Positions 10,636-21,600 of a DNA stretch of 64,000 nucleotides are shown one piece after another (positions within the stretch are counted from its first letter, which is position 1; each line of letters begins with the position of its first letter). The stretch lies in NCBI RefSeq assembly GCF_000142905.1, contig NW_013657636.1, forward strand, positions 62,001-126,000, read 5' to 3'. Both the position numbers and the translations under genes were made by a program. The notes beneath the pieces were generated by a model that saw only the letters and a program-made list of their open reading frames with translations, had not been told where the DNA came from and searched no databases. The stretch is from Thecamonas trahens ATCC 50062 (Eukaryota; Protista; Apusomonadida).

Positions 10636-11597
10636 TCGTCATCGTCGTCATCGTCGTCGTCGTCAAATGCAAAGTCAAGCACAGAGCCTGCGTCCAGCGT
10701 CGCCTCGTCGTCCGACTCAAAGCCTGCGCCGCTCCCGCCCGCGCTCGGGAAAGAGCCGCCCGAGTGGCGCGACGGCGAGTGTGGAAAGCCAGCGGAGAAG
10801 ATGCCACGAGCGGCCGACGGCGTCGGCAGCGACGGTGTGAGCAAGCCCTGGCTCATTGCCGGAGTGTGCATCATGGCGTGAACGACCGTGAGGGCCTTGG
10901 ACTTGGCCTCCTCGGTCGACGACTTGCTCGGCTTGAGCGGCACTAGCTCGTCTGCCGACACCGGCCGCTTGCGCTTTCGCGACGGTGGGCTGGCTTCTTT
11001 TCCAACCGCAGAGCCGGTCTTGGCCTTGGCTGCCTCGCGGGCCTTGGCCTTGGCCTTTCGCTTCCGCATCACGTCGCGAGAGTGCTCGATGGAGCGCTTA
11101 CGATTAAGAGCTTCGCGGACGAGCCTGTTCTTATCCTCCGTCCGAGCCTTGTGCTCCCGTTCTTGAAGCTGCAGCGGCGTGAGAGTAAGCCGACCCTTGG
11201 GTACAGCCGGCTTTGCAGTACTTGTCATCGCCACCGTCTGGAGCGTCCTTGACTTTTCCTCGTCGGTAAACTCGACCTTGACCATCGAGGACAAAGAACC
11301 CGGCTGTATGTTGCTCAACACGGCAAACTTGTTGATGGCACCACTACCAGTAGTCGTCTCACTCTCGCTCGCCGCTGCTCCTTCCTCATCCATCCATCGA
11401 TCTTCTCCAAGTCCCAGATGGACTCCTTCTCCTCCCTGTCCCAGATCATGTCCTTGACCTTGACCTTGACCATTGGATCGACTTGCTCCATTCTTGACGC
11501 CATCACCATAAACACCTCCTCTATCATCATCCCCGTCACCATTACCATCACCAGCAAGTCGGTCATTGTTCGCTCGCCGTGCCTCTGTCTGCGACAT
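9717..11597 (-). CDS. Nuclear protein with C-terminal AF4/FMR2 CHD-like (Ebp1-like) helical domain
   Basis: ATG 11597 (MSQTEARR). Disordered N-terminus with NLS-like RKRKRP. C-terminal ADDVLAAARQVKKQA..KYFEAAVGFV..WYRSDLGFL..AAVRLRM resembles, from memory, the AFF CHD pattern (ADxYLxEAKKLKH.A..YLDAVVSFI..MYSETVELI..LLYLRL). Confidence 0.6.
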
Positions 11598-11611
11598 GGT
11601 CTCTACACACG

Positions 11612-11672
11612 CTCTCTCTCTCTCTCTCTCTCGCTGGCTCGCTCTCTCTGTCTCTCTCTCTCTCTCTCTCTC
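11612..11672. repeat. (CT)n microsatellite just upstream of the 11597 start
   Basis: Interrupted CT dinucleotide run. Confidence 0.9.
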
Positions 11673-11796
11673 GCTTTCGCTCGCAGAGAGGGGACAGCCA
11701 CCACTCACAGCCTCTTCTACCTGTTGTTGATACGCTTGGTAGAGAGAGGGCTGTGCAAGTGAGTCAGGAGGGACAGGAGTGCCAGGAGCAGGGGAA

Positions 11797-11982
11797 NNNN
11801 NNNNNNNNNNNNNNNNNNNNNNNNNNNNNNNNNNNNNNNNNNNNNNNNNNNNNNNNNNNNNNNNNNNNNNNNNNNNNNNNNNNNNNNNNNNNNNNNNNNN
11901 NNNNNNNNNNNNNNNNNNNNNNNNNNNNNNNNNNNNNNNNNNNNNNNNNNNNNNNNNNNNNNNNNNNNNNNNNNNNNNNNNN
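11797..11982. other. Assembly gap
   Basis: N run followed by poly-G. Confidence 1.
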
Positions 11983-12401
11983 TGGGGGGGGGGGGGGGGG
12001 GTGGGCGGAGGAGACGGGAGCTTGTGGCATGATCGAACAGCTTGGCAATCAATGACGGTGGATGACAATGGGGACATTCGATGGTGGGTGCCGGATTTTT
12101 GCACGCGCGTCCGTGGATCCGGCTGGAGCTACGCGGAACAACTCCCTGTATCTACCGCATGACAGAACGTAATCTGCATCATGGTGTGACTGATGTAGTC
12201 ATTGGCGTGAAGGGGAAGGGAGAGAGGGGCTTGATGGGCGCAGTTATGTGCTGATCCCCTTGATCGTCATGATGATGGTGGGCAGTGTAGAATCGTTCCG
12301 TCCCTTCACCCCCCCCCCCTCCCCCCTCCCCTCCCCAATCCAAAACACAGTCACACCACATCAACCACATCAACCACATCAATCAACCGCTCAGACTGGC
12401 T

Positions 12402-12466
12402 GAACAGCTGGCGGGCGAACAGTTGGCGAGCGAACAGCTGGCGAGCGAACAGCTGGCGAGTCGAAC
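12402..12466. repeat. 15-bp tandem repeat GAACAGCTGGCGAGC x~4
   Basis: Seen directly; units carry CAGCTG/CAGTTG E-box cores. Confidence 0.85.
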
Positions 12467-12639
12467 GATCTTATCGCGCGTGGTACGCCGCATGCCGACG
12501 GTCCACAACCGATAAACGATGCGATGGCACCGTCTCGACGCACACGACATCAAAACCCTCGCATCGTCCAAACACACCTCAAACAATAGCCAGCTAGCTT
12601 CCCACCATAGCCGGCCAGTCGACTGCCTGCGAGTCGAAC

Positions 12640-12912
12640 GGCTGGTGGCTGGCGTCTGGTGGCTGGTGGCTGGCGTCTGGTGGCTGGTGGCTGGTGGCTG
12701 GTGGCTGGTGGCTGGCGGGTGGTGGCTGGTGGCTGGTGGCTGGTGGCTGGTGGCTGGCGGCTGGCGGCTGGCGGCTGGCGGCTGGTGGCTGGTGGCTGGC
12801 GGCTGGCGTCTGGTGGCTGGTGGCTGGTGGTTGGTGGCTGGTGGCTGGTGGCTGGTGGCTGGTGGCTGGCGGCTGGCGGCTGGCGGCTGGCGGCTGGCGG
12901 GTGGTGGCTGGC
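12640..12912. repeat. 7-bp satellite (GG[T/C]GGCT)n, roughly 38 copies
   Basis: Seen directly; ends ~155 bp upstream of the 13069 ATG. Confidence 0.95.
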
Positions 12913-13068
12913 GGGCGACAGCAGAGTCTTTCCGCGCGCGCGCCAAAAGACGACAAAGACGATAGCGGCACGGCACACTTGACGCCAGCTCGTTGCTCAG
13001 ACACAGGCGAGGAGGAGCAGGGCGAAGAGAGAGTTTGGTAGAGTTGTTCCTAGGTGACAAGCAGAGAT

Positions 13069-13866
13069 ATGAACAAGTTGTTTGAGGGAGAAATTGGATG
13101 GTTTGGGGCGTCTGTTGGTCAAGAGCTTGTCCATAGCTGGCAGGAGCATGGAGGAGAGGTTGTGGCTCATGGAGTGGAAGGAGGAGATGGTGATGGAGAT
13201 GAAGGAGGTGAGGGAGGCCAAATCATTGCTTCCTTCCTCTTCTCTGATGATGCTCATGAACATGCTGTGGCCATTGCTCAGGCTGCGGGTGCTTACGTCA
13301 TTACCTCGGCTTGGATCACAGACGCCATCGCTGCCGCTCGCCGCCCTCCCGTCGGCCACTACATCCTGCCCTCGGCTGATATGGCTGAATACGTCAACTG
13401 TAAGTACTTGCTGGTCTCTCGCCTCTCTCACACATGGTCTTGCCTACACCATCGCCTCAATCTGCCCGCTCTCGCTTGTCCTGCTTCCCCGCCTCTCGTC
13501 ACCATCTCGCACAAGTGCTGATCGCTGTGGCCTCGGGCTGGCTGCCGGCTGACCCCCTCGCGCTAGACCCGGCCAAGACTCGGCCATGACTCGGCCAAGA
13601 ATCGGTTGCAAGCGTAGAACTCTCTCGTCCCCCCCCCCCTCTCCACTCACTCTTCCTCTCCCCGCACAGACCTCAAGGAGCGGGCGTTCAACGAGCCGCG
13701 GCTCATCGCTGCCGCTGATGACGTCGATGAGGTTGTGGGTGAGAGCCACGCAAGGCACAACGCAAGTGTGATGCCCATGGACGGCGTTACCTTCTTCAAT
13801 TTGGATGAGCTTGACCACGACGAAATCCGCATTGCTACCATGTTTGTGGCTCCAGCCAAGTCCTAG
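13069..13866 (+). CDS. TERB2: TERB2-like BRCT-fold protein, 175 aa; exons 13069-13399, 13670-13866
   Basis: LFEGEIGWFGASVGQELVHSWQEHGG...FLFSDDA...VGHYILP matches the recalled TERB2 N-terminus (FQGQRGWFCGSVSQDLRQFWVAEGG...FLFSCDA...LGHFILP). GTAAGT donor at 13400; CAG acceptor at 13669 with CTCAC branch; spliced frame closes at TAG 13866. Confidence 0.7.
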
Positions 13867-13895
13867 GCCGCCATGATTCTCTCCTCGTAAATGAA

Positions 13896-16118
13896 CTACA
13901 TCAGCCACCGCAGGAGCGCGTCCGCCGGCGGCGCTGTGAGGGACTTGACCCGCTTCGCGGCCGGCGAGCTGGCGAGGAGCGGCTCCGGCGAGCGCCGCCG
14001 GCTCCGCCCCGGATTCTGCCGCCGAGCCGCGCGAATGTCCACCTCCTGCCCGAGATACCCGCGGTCCTCAAGCTCCATCCGCGAGTACCGCGTCGATGGT
14101 GCGTCGTCGTCGCCACTGGGCTCAGCGCCCGTCGGCTCGTTGCCAGCACGCGCTTCCGCAGCAGCCGCAGTCACGCCTGCCGCAGCACTCCCAGCCTCGC
14201 CGGCTGTTCCGCTCTGATCCGGCCGCCGCGCCCGGACAGTCACCTCGGGCGCAAGCTGCATCTGCGCTTCCATCTTGCACATGTACTGCACCAAGGCGTC
14301 AAGACCGGTGCCTGACCCAGCAACCGCCGCGTGCGCTTCCACAAGGTCCCGCACCTCGAGCCACAGTACAGAGTACATCAGCGCCACAGAGTTGTAGTTG
14401 AAACGGTCCGGGAAGAGGTCAAAGTCGTTGCGCGCCCGCGCAGCCGCAAACGTCTCGAGACATTTCAAGCACGCCGCCAGTTCGCCCTGCGCTGGCTCGC
14501 TCACGCTCGTCGCCGCCAGCCGCCCGTTCGCCACCGCATCCACCAGCGGATACAGCATCGTCTTGATCGGCTGGGAGAGCAGCGGATTGAACAGCAACGA
14601 CTCGGTGTCGGTCACCGGAAACACCAATGTCGCCGTGTCGAGCTTGCCCACGGTGCTTGCCCCCGTCATCGGGCCCACAGACGCCGCCGCCACTGCCGCA
14701 TAGTCTTCCGTCGCAAACATCGCCGCAGGATGACTCACGCACCGCGTCGTCTCGTGCAAAATGACAAAGTCCGCGTCGGTGATCGGCCGGAACACATACA
14801 GCAGTAGCGCAGGCCCTGCAAGATCCAGCCGCAGCAGGTGCGTCGGCGGCAGCATCGCCACGTTCGTCGGATACCCGCTCCCGCTCTCTTTGCACATCAC
14901 AAGCATTGCCGCGAGCACCTCGGGCCCGCTCGACTTTTGCACCATCTCGCCTAGCAGCCAGTGCCATGCCTCAGAGCCCACATCCCGCGGCGTGACCCGG
15001 ACCCGCTGCGCCACAGAGAACGCCGCAACATCCACCGCAGCCGTCCGCGGCTTAAACGCAAGCTGCAGCCCGCCGCCAAACGCTCCAGCCGCTGCCAGCT
15101 CCACCCGCGCCCCATCGGGGCAGACAATGTCCACCCGCCCTGCCGATGCCAGGCCCAGCACCGTCTCCGCCATTGCGTCGTGGATGTCTTCAGCGCCACA
15201 CGCCGTCCATCGTGCGTCGACCGCGTCAAGCGTCTTGCGTGCCGGCGCCGCCCACCCGACTGCGCTGTCGACGCTCACAATGCGGAGGCGCAGCTGTCCA
15301 CTGCCCACACTTTGCGGTGCCGACGCCAGCGACGCCAGCACCGCTCCATGGACCTCGCACAGCACATCGTCGGCTGAGTCAGCCGTCAGCGGCCCGCCCA
15401 CCGCCACATACACCACGTCGACCACTGCCGCCGTGGCTAGCACATGATCCAGCGCAGCCTCCATCGGAGACTCGCTCGTCACATGCTTCTGGCGCTGCTC
15501 CTCCTCAGAGCCGGAGCTGTGCACCGTCCCCACCACATGCATGAGCCCAGCCACAATGTCGTCGACCATTTCGGCCACATCAACCACTCCGGCCGGTCCA
15601 CCCGACGACTTGCCCGAGCCTCTGGCCATGCGGTGATCAAACGCCGCCGGAGCTAGGACCGTGCCCCCGTCAGCATTGACACCAGCCACAGCCACAGCCT
15701 CTGGCACCACCGCCTGCAACTCAACCGCCACTCGCACAGCATTGGCCACACTGCTAGCCACAGCCAAGCCCGCAGGCGCCTCTGGCACCACCAGCTCTAC
15801 ATCCATGGGCAGAGGCAACGACAGCGCTGTCGTCGATGTTGTTGATGTCATCGACGTTGCTGATGCCGTCGATGTCATTGATGCTGCTGCTGCGGTCTTC
15901 TTCGTCTTGTTTCTCCTTGTCCTCCCCTTGCCCGTAGTCGCCTCAGCCATGCTGGTCTTCCCCGCCTCTCCAACCACACGGACAACCACCACCAGTCCCG
16001 TCCGCACTGTCGTTGCAGCTGCTGCCGCTGCTCCGCCTTGAGCTCCCTGCTTCCCTTGTGACCTTCCTTCTTCGCCAGCTCCTCCTCGCCTTGCCTCGCC
16101 CGTACTTCCTGTGCTCAT
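13896..16118 (-). CDS. INTS13: Integrator subunit 13 / Asunder-like protein
   Basis: Ordered motifs VRVTPRDVGS, THLL..LLLYV, LDTATLVFPVTDTESLLFN, PLVDAV..ACLKCLETF..RND, MYSVLWLEVRDLVEAH parallel recalled INTS13 motifs (YRISPVDVNS, SHML..IFLHV, LERHTRYWPMIISQTTIFN, PLASVI..NCQKTIYNL..RKND, QYRIMWNELETLVRAH). Start uncertain. Confidence 0.65.
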   Translation of the reverse strand: MSTGSTGEARRGGAGEEGRSQGKQGAQGGAAAAAATTVRTGLVVVVRVVGEAGKTSMAEATTGKGRTRRNKTKKTAAAASMTSTASATSMTSTTSTTALSLPLPMDVELVVPEAPAGLAVASSVANAVRVAVELQAVVPEAVAVAGVNADGGTVLAPAAFDHRMARGSGKSSGGPAGVVDVAEMVDDIVAGLMHVVGTVHSSGSEEEQRQKHVTSESPMEAALDHVLATAAVVDVVYVAVGGPLTADSADDVLCEVHGAVLASLASAPQSVGSGQLRLRIVSVDSAVGWAAPARKTLDAVDARWTACGAEDIHDAMAETVLGLASAGRVDIVCPDGARVELAAAGAFGGGLQLAFKPRTAAVDVAAFSVAQRVRVTPRDVGSEAWHWLLGEMVQKSSGPEVLAAMLVMCKESGSGYPTNVAMLPPTHLLRLDLAGPALLLYVFRPITDADFVILHETTRCVSHPAAMFATEDYAAVAAASVGPMTGASTVGKLDTATLVFPVTDTESLLFNPLLSQPIKTMLYPLVDAVANGRLAATSVSEPAQGELAACLKCLETFAAARARNDFDLFPDRFNYNSVALMYSVLWLEVRDLVEAHAAVAGSGTGLDALVQYMCKMEAQMQLAPEVTVRARRPDQSGTAGEAGSAAAGVTAAAAEARAGNEPTGAEPSGDDDAPSTRYSRMELEDRGYLGQEVDIRAARRQNPGRSRRRSPEPLLASSPAAKRVKSLTAPPADALLRWLM

Positions 16119-16317
16119 GCTTGCACTGCCGAGTCGAGTCGTCCTCACTCTCTCCCTCTCCCTCTCCCTCTCTCTCTCTGTCACTTTGCTACCGTCACCG
16201 GCTGGCGGCACTCGTCACTCGGCTGTCACCTCGCCACGGGGGGGGGGGGGGGGGGGGGGAAGTGGAGGGGAAAAAATTGTTGCCAGCTGGGCGTTTCTCT
16301 CGACTCGCTTGCGACTT

Positions 16318-17979
16318 TTACTCAGTCCGCTCAAAGAAGTCGTCCGAGATGACAAAGGGAGCAGCGGTGAGCGACTTGACCTCGTCGACCGAGACGCCCG
16401 GGGAAGTCTCGATGAGAACGAGGCCGGTGCCCTCGACGACGTCAAAGACGGCCTTCTCGGTGATAATGCGATCGACGACGGAGCGGCCCGTGAGCGGGAG
16501 GTTGCACGCCGGCAGGATCTTGGGAGCGCCCGACTTGGCGGTGTGCTCCATGGTGACAACGACACGCGAGCCGGACGAGACCAGGTCCATGGCGCCGCCC
16601 ATGCCCTTGACCATCTTGCCCGGGATGATCCAGTTGGCCAGGTCGCCGTTGGCCGCCACCTCCATGGCGCCGAGGATGGTGAGGTCGACGTGGCCGCCGC
16701 GGATCATGGCAAACGACTGCGACGACGAGAAGAGCGACGAGCCCGGAATGGTGGTCACCGTCTCCTTGCCGGCGTTGATAAAGTCAGCGTCGACCTGGTC
16801 CTCCGTCGGGTACGGCCCCATACCCAGCAGGCCGTTCTCCGACTGGAGGTGGATGACCACGCCGGGCTCGACAAAGTTGGACGCCAGCGTCGGAATGCCG
16901 ATCCCAAGGTTGACGTACATGCCGTCGCGCAGCTCCTTGGCTGCCCGCTTGACAATGACCTCGCGGGAGCCGGTGAGCTCGGGCTTCTCGCCGCCAGCCG
17001 CCGCCACCGTCCGCCGCTCGATCCGCTTCTCGTACTGCGTCCCGTGGACCAGCCGCTGGACGTAGATGCCCGGCAGGTGGATGTCTGCAGGATCGAGCTC
17101 ACCGGCCTCCACAATCTCCTCGGCCTCGGCAATGCAGATCTTGCCTGCCGTCGCGCAGTCGGCGTTGAAGTTGCCCGCCGTTCCGCGGAAAATGAGGTTG
17201 CCGTGAGTGTCCGCCACATGCGCCTTGACAAGCGAAAAGTCGGCCGTGATCCCGCGCTCGAGCACATACGACCGCCCGTTAAACTCGCGCACCTCGCGCG
17301 GCTCGGACGCAATCTCCACCTCGCCGTCAGCTCGGTACTTGATGGGGAACCCGCCCTCCTGGACAAGCGTCCCGGCCGCCGTCGGCGTGTAAAACGCCGG
17401 AATGCCCGCGCCGCCAGCCCGCAGCCGCTCAGCGAGCGTCCCCTGCGGCGTGAGCTCAACCTCGAGCTCGCCAGTCAGGTACTGCCGCTCAAACAGTTTG
17501 TTCTCGCCCACATACGACGAGACCATGCGCTTGATCTGATGCCCCTGCAGGAGCAAGCCAAGCCCAAAGTCATCCACTCCAGCATTGTTCGAGTACGCCG
17601 TCAGGTTGTTCACCCCCGACGCCACCAGCCCGGCAATGAGATGCTCAGGAATGCCACAGAGACCAAAGCCTCCCACAGCCAGCGAGGCGCCCGACGGAAT
17701 GTCGGCCACAGCCTCTTCCGCCGACTCCCACACCTTGGATGCCCCAATCACAGCACTTCCATGGAGCGCTCGAACAGTACCACCAGACATCATCATGCTG
17801 CTGCTGCTGATGCTGCTGCTGCTGCCGTCATTGCCTGAACGAGTCATTGCTTCTGCCACAAATCGACCAAGACGACCAGCTCCAGTTCCAGTTCCAGCAC
17901 CAAGACCAGGACCAGCACCAGCCAGCAGCCCAGCTGCTGCTCTCCCAGCCATGCGACCTGCCGTCAACGTGGTAAACAT
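16318..17979 (-). CDS. OXCT1: Succinyl-CoA:3-oxoacid CoA transferase (SCOT), mitochondrial
   Basis: [33 protein letters not shown], catalytic [14 protein letters not shown]. Fused A+B subunits; Arg/Ala/Gly-rich presequence from ATG 17979. Confidence 0.97.
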   Translation of the reverse strand: MFTTLTAGRMAGRAAAGLLAGAGPGLGAGTGTGAGRLGRFVAEAMTRSGNDGSSSSISSSSMMMSGGTVRALHGSAVIGASKVWESAEEAVADIPSGASLAVGGFGLCGIPEHLIAGLVASGVNNLTAYSNNAGVDDFGLGLLLQGHQIKRMVSSYVGENKLFERQYLTGELEVELTPQGTLAERLRAGGAGIPAFYTPTAAGTLVQEGGFPIKYRADGEVEIASEPREVREFNGRSYVLERGITADFSLVKAHVADTHGNLIFRGTAGNFNADCATAGKICIAEAEEIVEAGELDPADIHLPGIYVQRLVHGTQYEKRIERRTVAAAGGEKPELTGSREVIVKRAAKELRDGMYVNLGIGIPTLASNFVEPGVVIHLQSENGLLGMGPYPTEDQVDADFINAGKETVTTIPGSSLFSSSQSFAMIRGGHVDLTILGAMEVAANGDLANWIIPGKMVKGMGGAMDLVSSGSRVVVTMEHTAKSGAPKILPACNLPLTGRSVVDRIITEKAVFDVVEGTGLVLIETSPGVSVDEVKSLTAAPFVISDDFFERTE

Positions 17980-18645
17980 CTTTGCTCTTAGCCTACAAAC
18001 TACTTGCCCTCGCGTTCCTTCCCCTCCTTCCGTCAAAAATAAAAAAGAGAGAGGCGTACTCTCCGCCTTTCCCCTTCCCCCCCTACCCCTTCAACGTCAG
18101 CTTGTCTCTCTCGCCCCCTGTCATGCTTGCGTTGTTCAGGAACTCCGCAGGTGTCGCCGCTTTTGCGCTCAGTTTTTTTTTTGCGCCGCTCTCAACAGAG
18201 GCACCTTTTCTTGACCCCCCGCCGGCTCCGTCCAGTAGAACTGGATGATGCACAGAATACAGGCCAGGCCGTGGCAAGTACAATGTCAGGTAGAGTGTTT
18301 CAGCTCATGGGGGGGAGAAGTGCAACAGACGATCGCATCGCTGCAAGAGACGCGCTCTGATTCGGCTTCTGAGCCTGCCGCTCGTGCTCCACCTGGTGGA
18401 CGTGATGCACGACGGTGTCAACTAGCTGGAGCCCGCCGACGGGGGCATCGGTCTATCAGCCACACCTACACTATGTACCACGTGTCGTCAACCACTACCC
18501 TTCTGCCATCAATCACAAACCCCTCCCTTGCCAAGCTTGCCCGTGTCGGCTTCCTCACTCACGCACCAGGTACTTGCTCGCTCGCTGATCACACACCTGG
18601 GCGCACCCGTAGCTAAAAGAGATTTTCTGCGACGCTGAACAAGGT

Positions 18646-21600
18646 CTACGCCACCGCGGACGAGTCCATAATCATGGACGCGGCCTCGAGCTCGGCACGC
18701 CGCATCGACTCTTCGTCGAGCTTCTTACCAAGCTCTGCCCGCTCGCCAATGGCGTGCTCGAGACGGAGCATGAGCTCGTCCTGGGTCTGCATCGACTCGT
18801 TGGCGAGCTCGCGATTGCGAGCCTTGAGGTCGTGGAGCTGCATCTGCAGGTTGCGGACCTTGGAGACAAGCTGCGTCTCGAGCCGCTCCTCCTCGGCCAC
18901 GGCGCGGGCCGACTCGCGCTCTGCGGCGGCGCGGGCCTTCTTCTCCTTGAGCAGCTCGCCGGTGGTATCCTCCAGCGCGAGCTCGGCGTCGGCGGCACGC
19001 TCGCGCTCGCCCTGCAGCTGGGCGCGGAGCTTGGCAATGATGGCGTCGTAGTCGGCAGCCTGCTGCTCGCGGGCAGCGCGGGCATGCTCGAGGTCGCGCT
19101 GGAGGCCAGGCAGAGTGGCAAGCCGGCCTTCAAGCGAGGCGAGGCGAGAGTGAGCCTCGGTCAGGCGTGACTGCAGGTTCGAGACAGAGGCGCGGAGCTC
19201 CGAGATGGTGGTCTGGGCGGCGAGCAAGTCGGCGTGCGACAAGGACCGGAGCTCGTCGCGCTCACGGGAGAGGGCGTCAACCCGCGACTGAAGCGACTCA
19301 ATCTGAGGGAGCAGCGCCGACGCCGCCGATGCTGCCGAAGCCTCGGCACGCTCCTTGTCCTCGGTGGCCGACCGGAGGCGCGACTTGAGCCGGGCCATCT
19401 CGCGGTCGGCATGTGCCAGCTCCTCGGCGCGCTCGCCAGCCTCGCGGTTGAGCAACGAAATCTCGGCGTTGAGTCTCGCCCGCTCGGCGTCAAAGTCAGC
19501 CGAGAGCTCGGCCCGCAACGCGTCGAGCGCCTCGCGCGAGACCTCCGAGTGCGGATCCAACCGAGCCTGCATGGCGGCGCGGAGCTGGACCTCGTCAAAG
19601 AGCTTGCGCTCGAGAACCGACCGCTCCTCGGAGAGCCGCGCCACACGCAGCCGCAGCGCAGAGACCTCGCTTGCGCTCCTGCTCTCCATCTCCGAGTACG
19701 TGTCCAGGAGCGAGTCGTACTTGTCGCGCCACTCGTCGCGGGTCGCGCGGAGGCCCGAGAGCTCCGACTCGAGCGACGCCACCGCCCGCTGGAGCTGGCT
19801 CGTCTCGGCCGCCGCGTCCGACGACGCCGCCGCCGCTGCCGACTCGAGCGACGCGTTGCGGCTCTTGAGCGCATCGCGCTCCGCTGCCACAATGTCACAC
19901 TCCGCCGCCACCGCACCGTTGGTCTCCTGCAAGAACGCCGCGTTGGCCTCGGCGGCCTCAGCCCGCGCCTGAGCGTTGGCCAGCTGGCTCTCCAGGCTCT
20001 CCGCCCGTGCGCCGACCTGGCTTCGCTCCTCTTGCAGCGCATCGATCTGATTCTGCATCGCCGCTCGGGTCTGCAGCTGCTCGGCGAGCTTGTCGTGCTG
20101 GCTCTGGATCCGCTCCACCGCGTCCTGCGCTTCGGCCTTATCAGCCTGCGCCGCGAGGAGAGCAGCGTTGAGCCGATCGCGCTCCGCCGCCGCGTCAGCC
20201 CGCGCCGTGCTGAGGTCTTCCTGGCCCTTGGCCACCTGCGCGGCAAGGCTTGCACGCTCGGCCTCGAGCGCCTCGGCCTGGGCCGACAGCAGTGCAATCT
20301 GCCGCTCGGCGGCGGTCCGTGCCGAGAGCGCCTCGTCAAGCTCGCTCTGCAACGCCTCAACCTGCGCCTCCTGCTGGGCGGCGTACGCCTGCGCGTCGGC
20401 AAGCCCGGCCTTGAGCGTCGCCACGTCGCCTTCGAGCCGGCGGACGGTCGCCTCGGCCGTGGTCTGCGCCTTGGCCGCCGCACGCGTCGCACGCTCGAGC
20501 TTCTCTTGCACGGCATCGTTGTCGAGCTGCGCCTCCTCCAGCGCGTCCTTAAGGTACGCCACCTTTTCGTTGGCCTGGGCCATGACCTCGGCCCGGATCT
20601 CGTCGTAGGTCTTCGACCGCGACTTGAGCTCCGCAGTCTCAGCCTCGAGCGAGACCCGCTGCCGCAGCACACTCTCGTGCACGTCGTCAAGCTCGGCTTT
20701 GCGCGCGGCAAGCGAGTCGTACTTGGACTGCAGCGTAGCAAGCGCTGTCGAGACCTCGCCGCGCTCGGAAGCGAGCTCGGCAAGCTCGCCGCGGAGTCGC
20801 CCGGCCTCGCGCTCAGCCTCGGTCCGCCCGGCAGCCTCCTCGGCCAGCTTGGTCTTGAGCAGCGCGCCCTCGTAATCGAGCTGCGCCAGCGCGTCTTCAG
20901 CCTCGGCTTGCTCACGCGCGCGGTCCGACTGGAGGTCGGTGACCCGGTTGCGGAGCGCAGTGTGCGACTTGGCGAGGGCAGCAAAGTCCTCCTCTAGGCC
21001 AACCATCTCGTCAAGCTGGCGGCGGAGGATGCGGATCTCAAACTCGAGCTCCTCGATGACAGCGTTTTTGGTCGCCTCCAGCTTGCCGTGCTCCTCCTGC
21101 AGCGAGGCGAGGGCCCGAACCGACTTGTCAGCCATGGCCGCGGTCTTCTCCAGCGCAGCCTTGGCATCGGCCGCCGCACCCGCCGCCGCCTCGCGCCCGG
21201 CCCGCTCCTCCACCAGCATGGCCTGGGCCTCGGTCAGCGAGCTGCGGAGCGACTGGATGTTCGAGTCTGCGTACGCCTCCGAGTTGGCCACCGCGCCCTG
21301 GGCATCCTGCGCCTCGCGCATGAGGCGGAAGGTATCCACCTCGTACCGCGACCTAAGCTCGAGCAGCGCTGCCGAGTCGCGCTTGTGCTTGGCCGAGATC
21401 TTTGCCAGCTGCTCCTTGAGCGACTCGTTCTCTGCCGTCAGCGTCACCACCTTTGCCCGCAGCTCCTTCTCCATCGAAGCCCTTGCCGTTGCCTCTGCCC
21501 GAGACAACCTGTCCAGCTCCTCCAACAGCGTCACTTGAACGTGTTCCTTGACAGTATCATACTCTGGCGAGAGAACAGACGTGCCTTCCACATACGATCG

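Noticed and set aside
12640-12912. Dense cluster of Chi sites (GCTGGTGG) next to a meiosis-like gene
   Set aside because: An automatic by-product of the GGTGGCT heptamer satellite; Chi is a RecBCD signal with no established role here.
12383-13060. ORFs with ATSHQPP / WWLVAGG repeats
   Set aside because: Translations of the 7-bp satellite, open in all frames; no evidence of coding.
16111-17838. Long antisense/alternative-frame ORFs (also 19161-20997, 28359-29687, 31910-33265, 58115-59326)
   Set aside because: Shadow ORFs expected from high GC3 codon bias opposite clearly identified genes.
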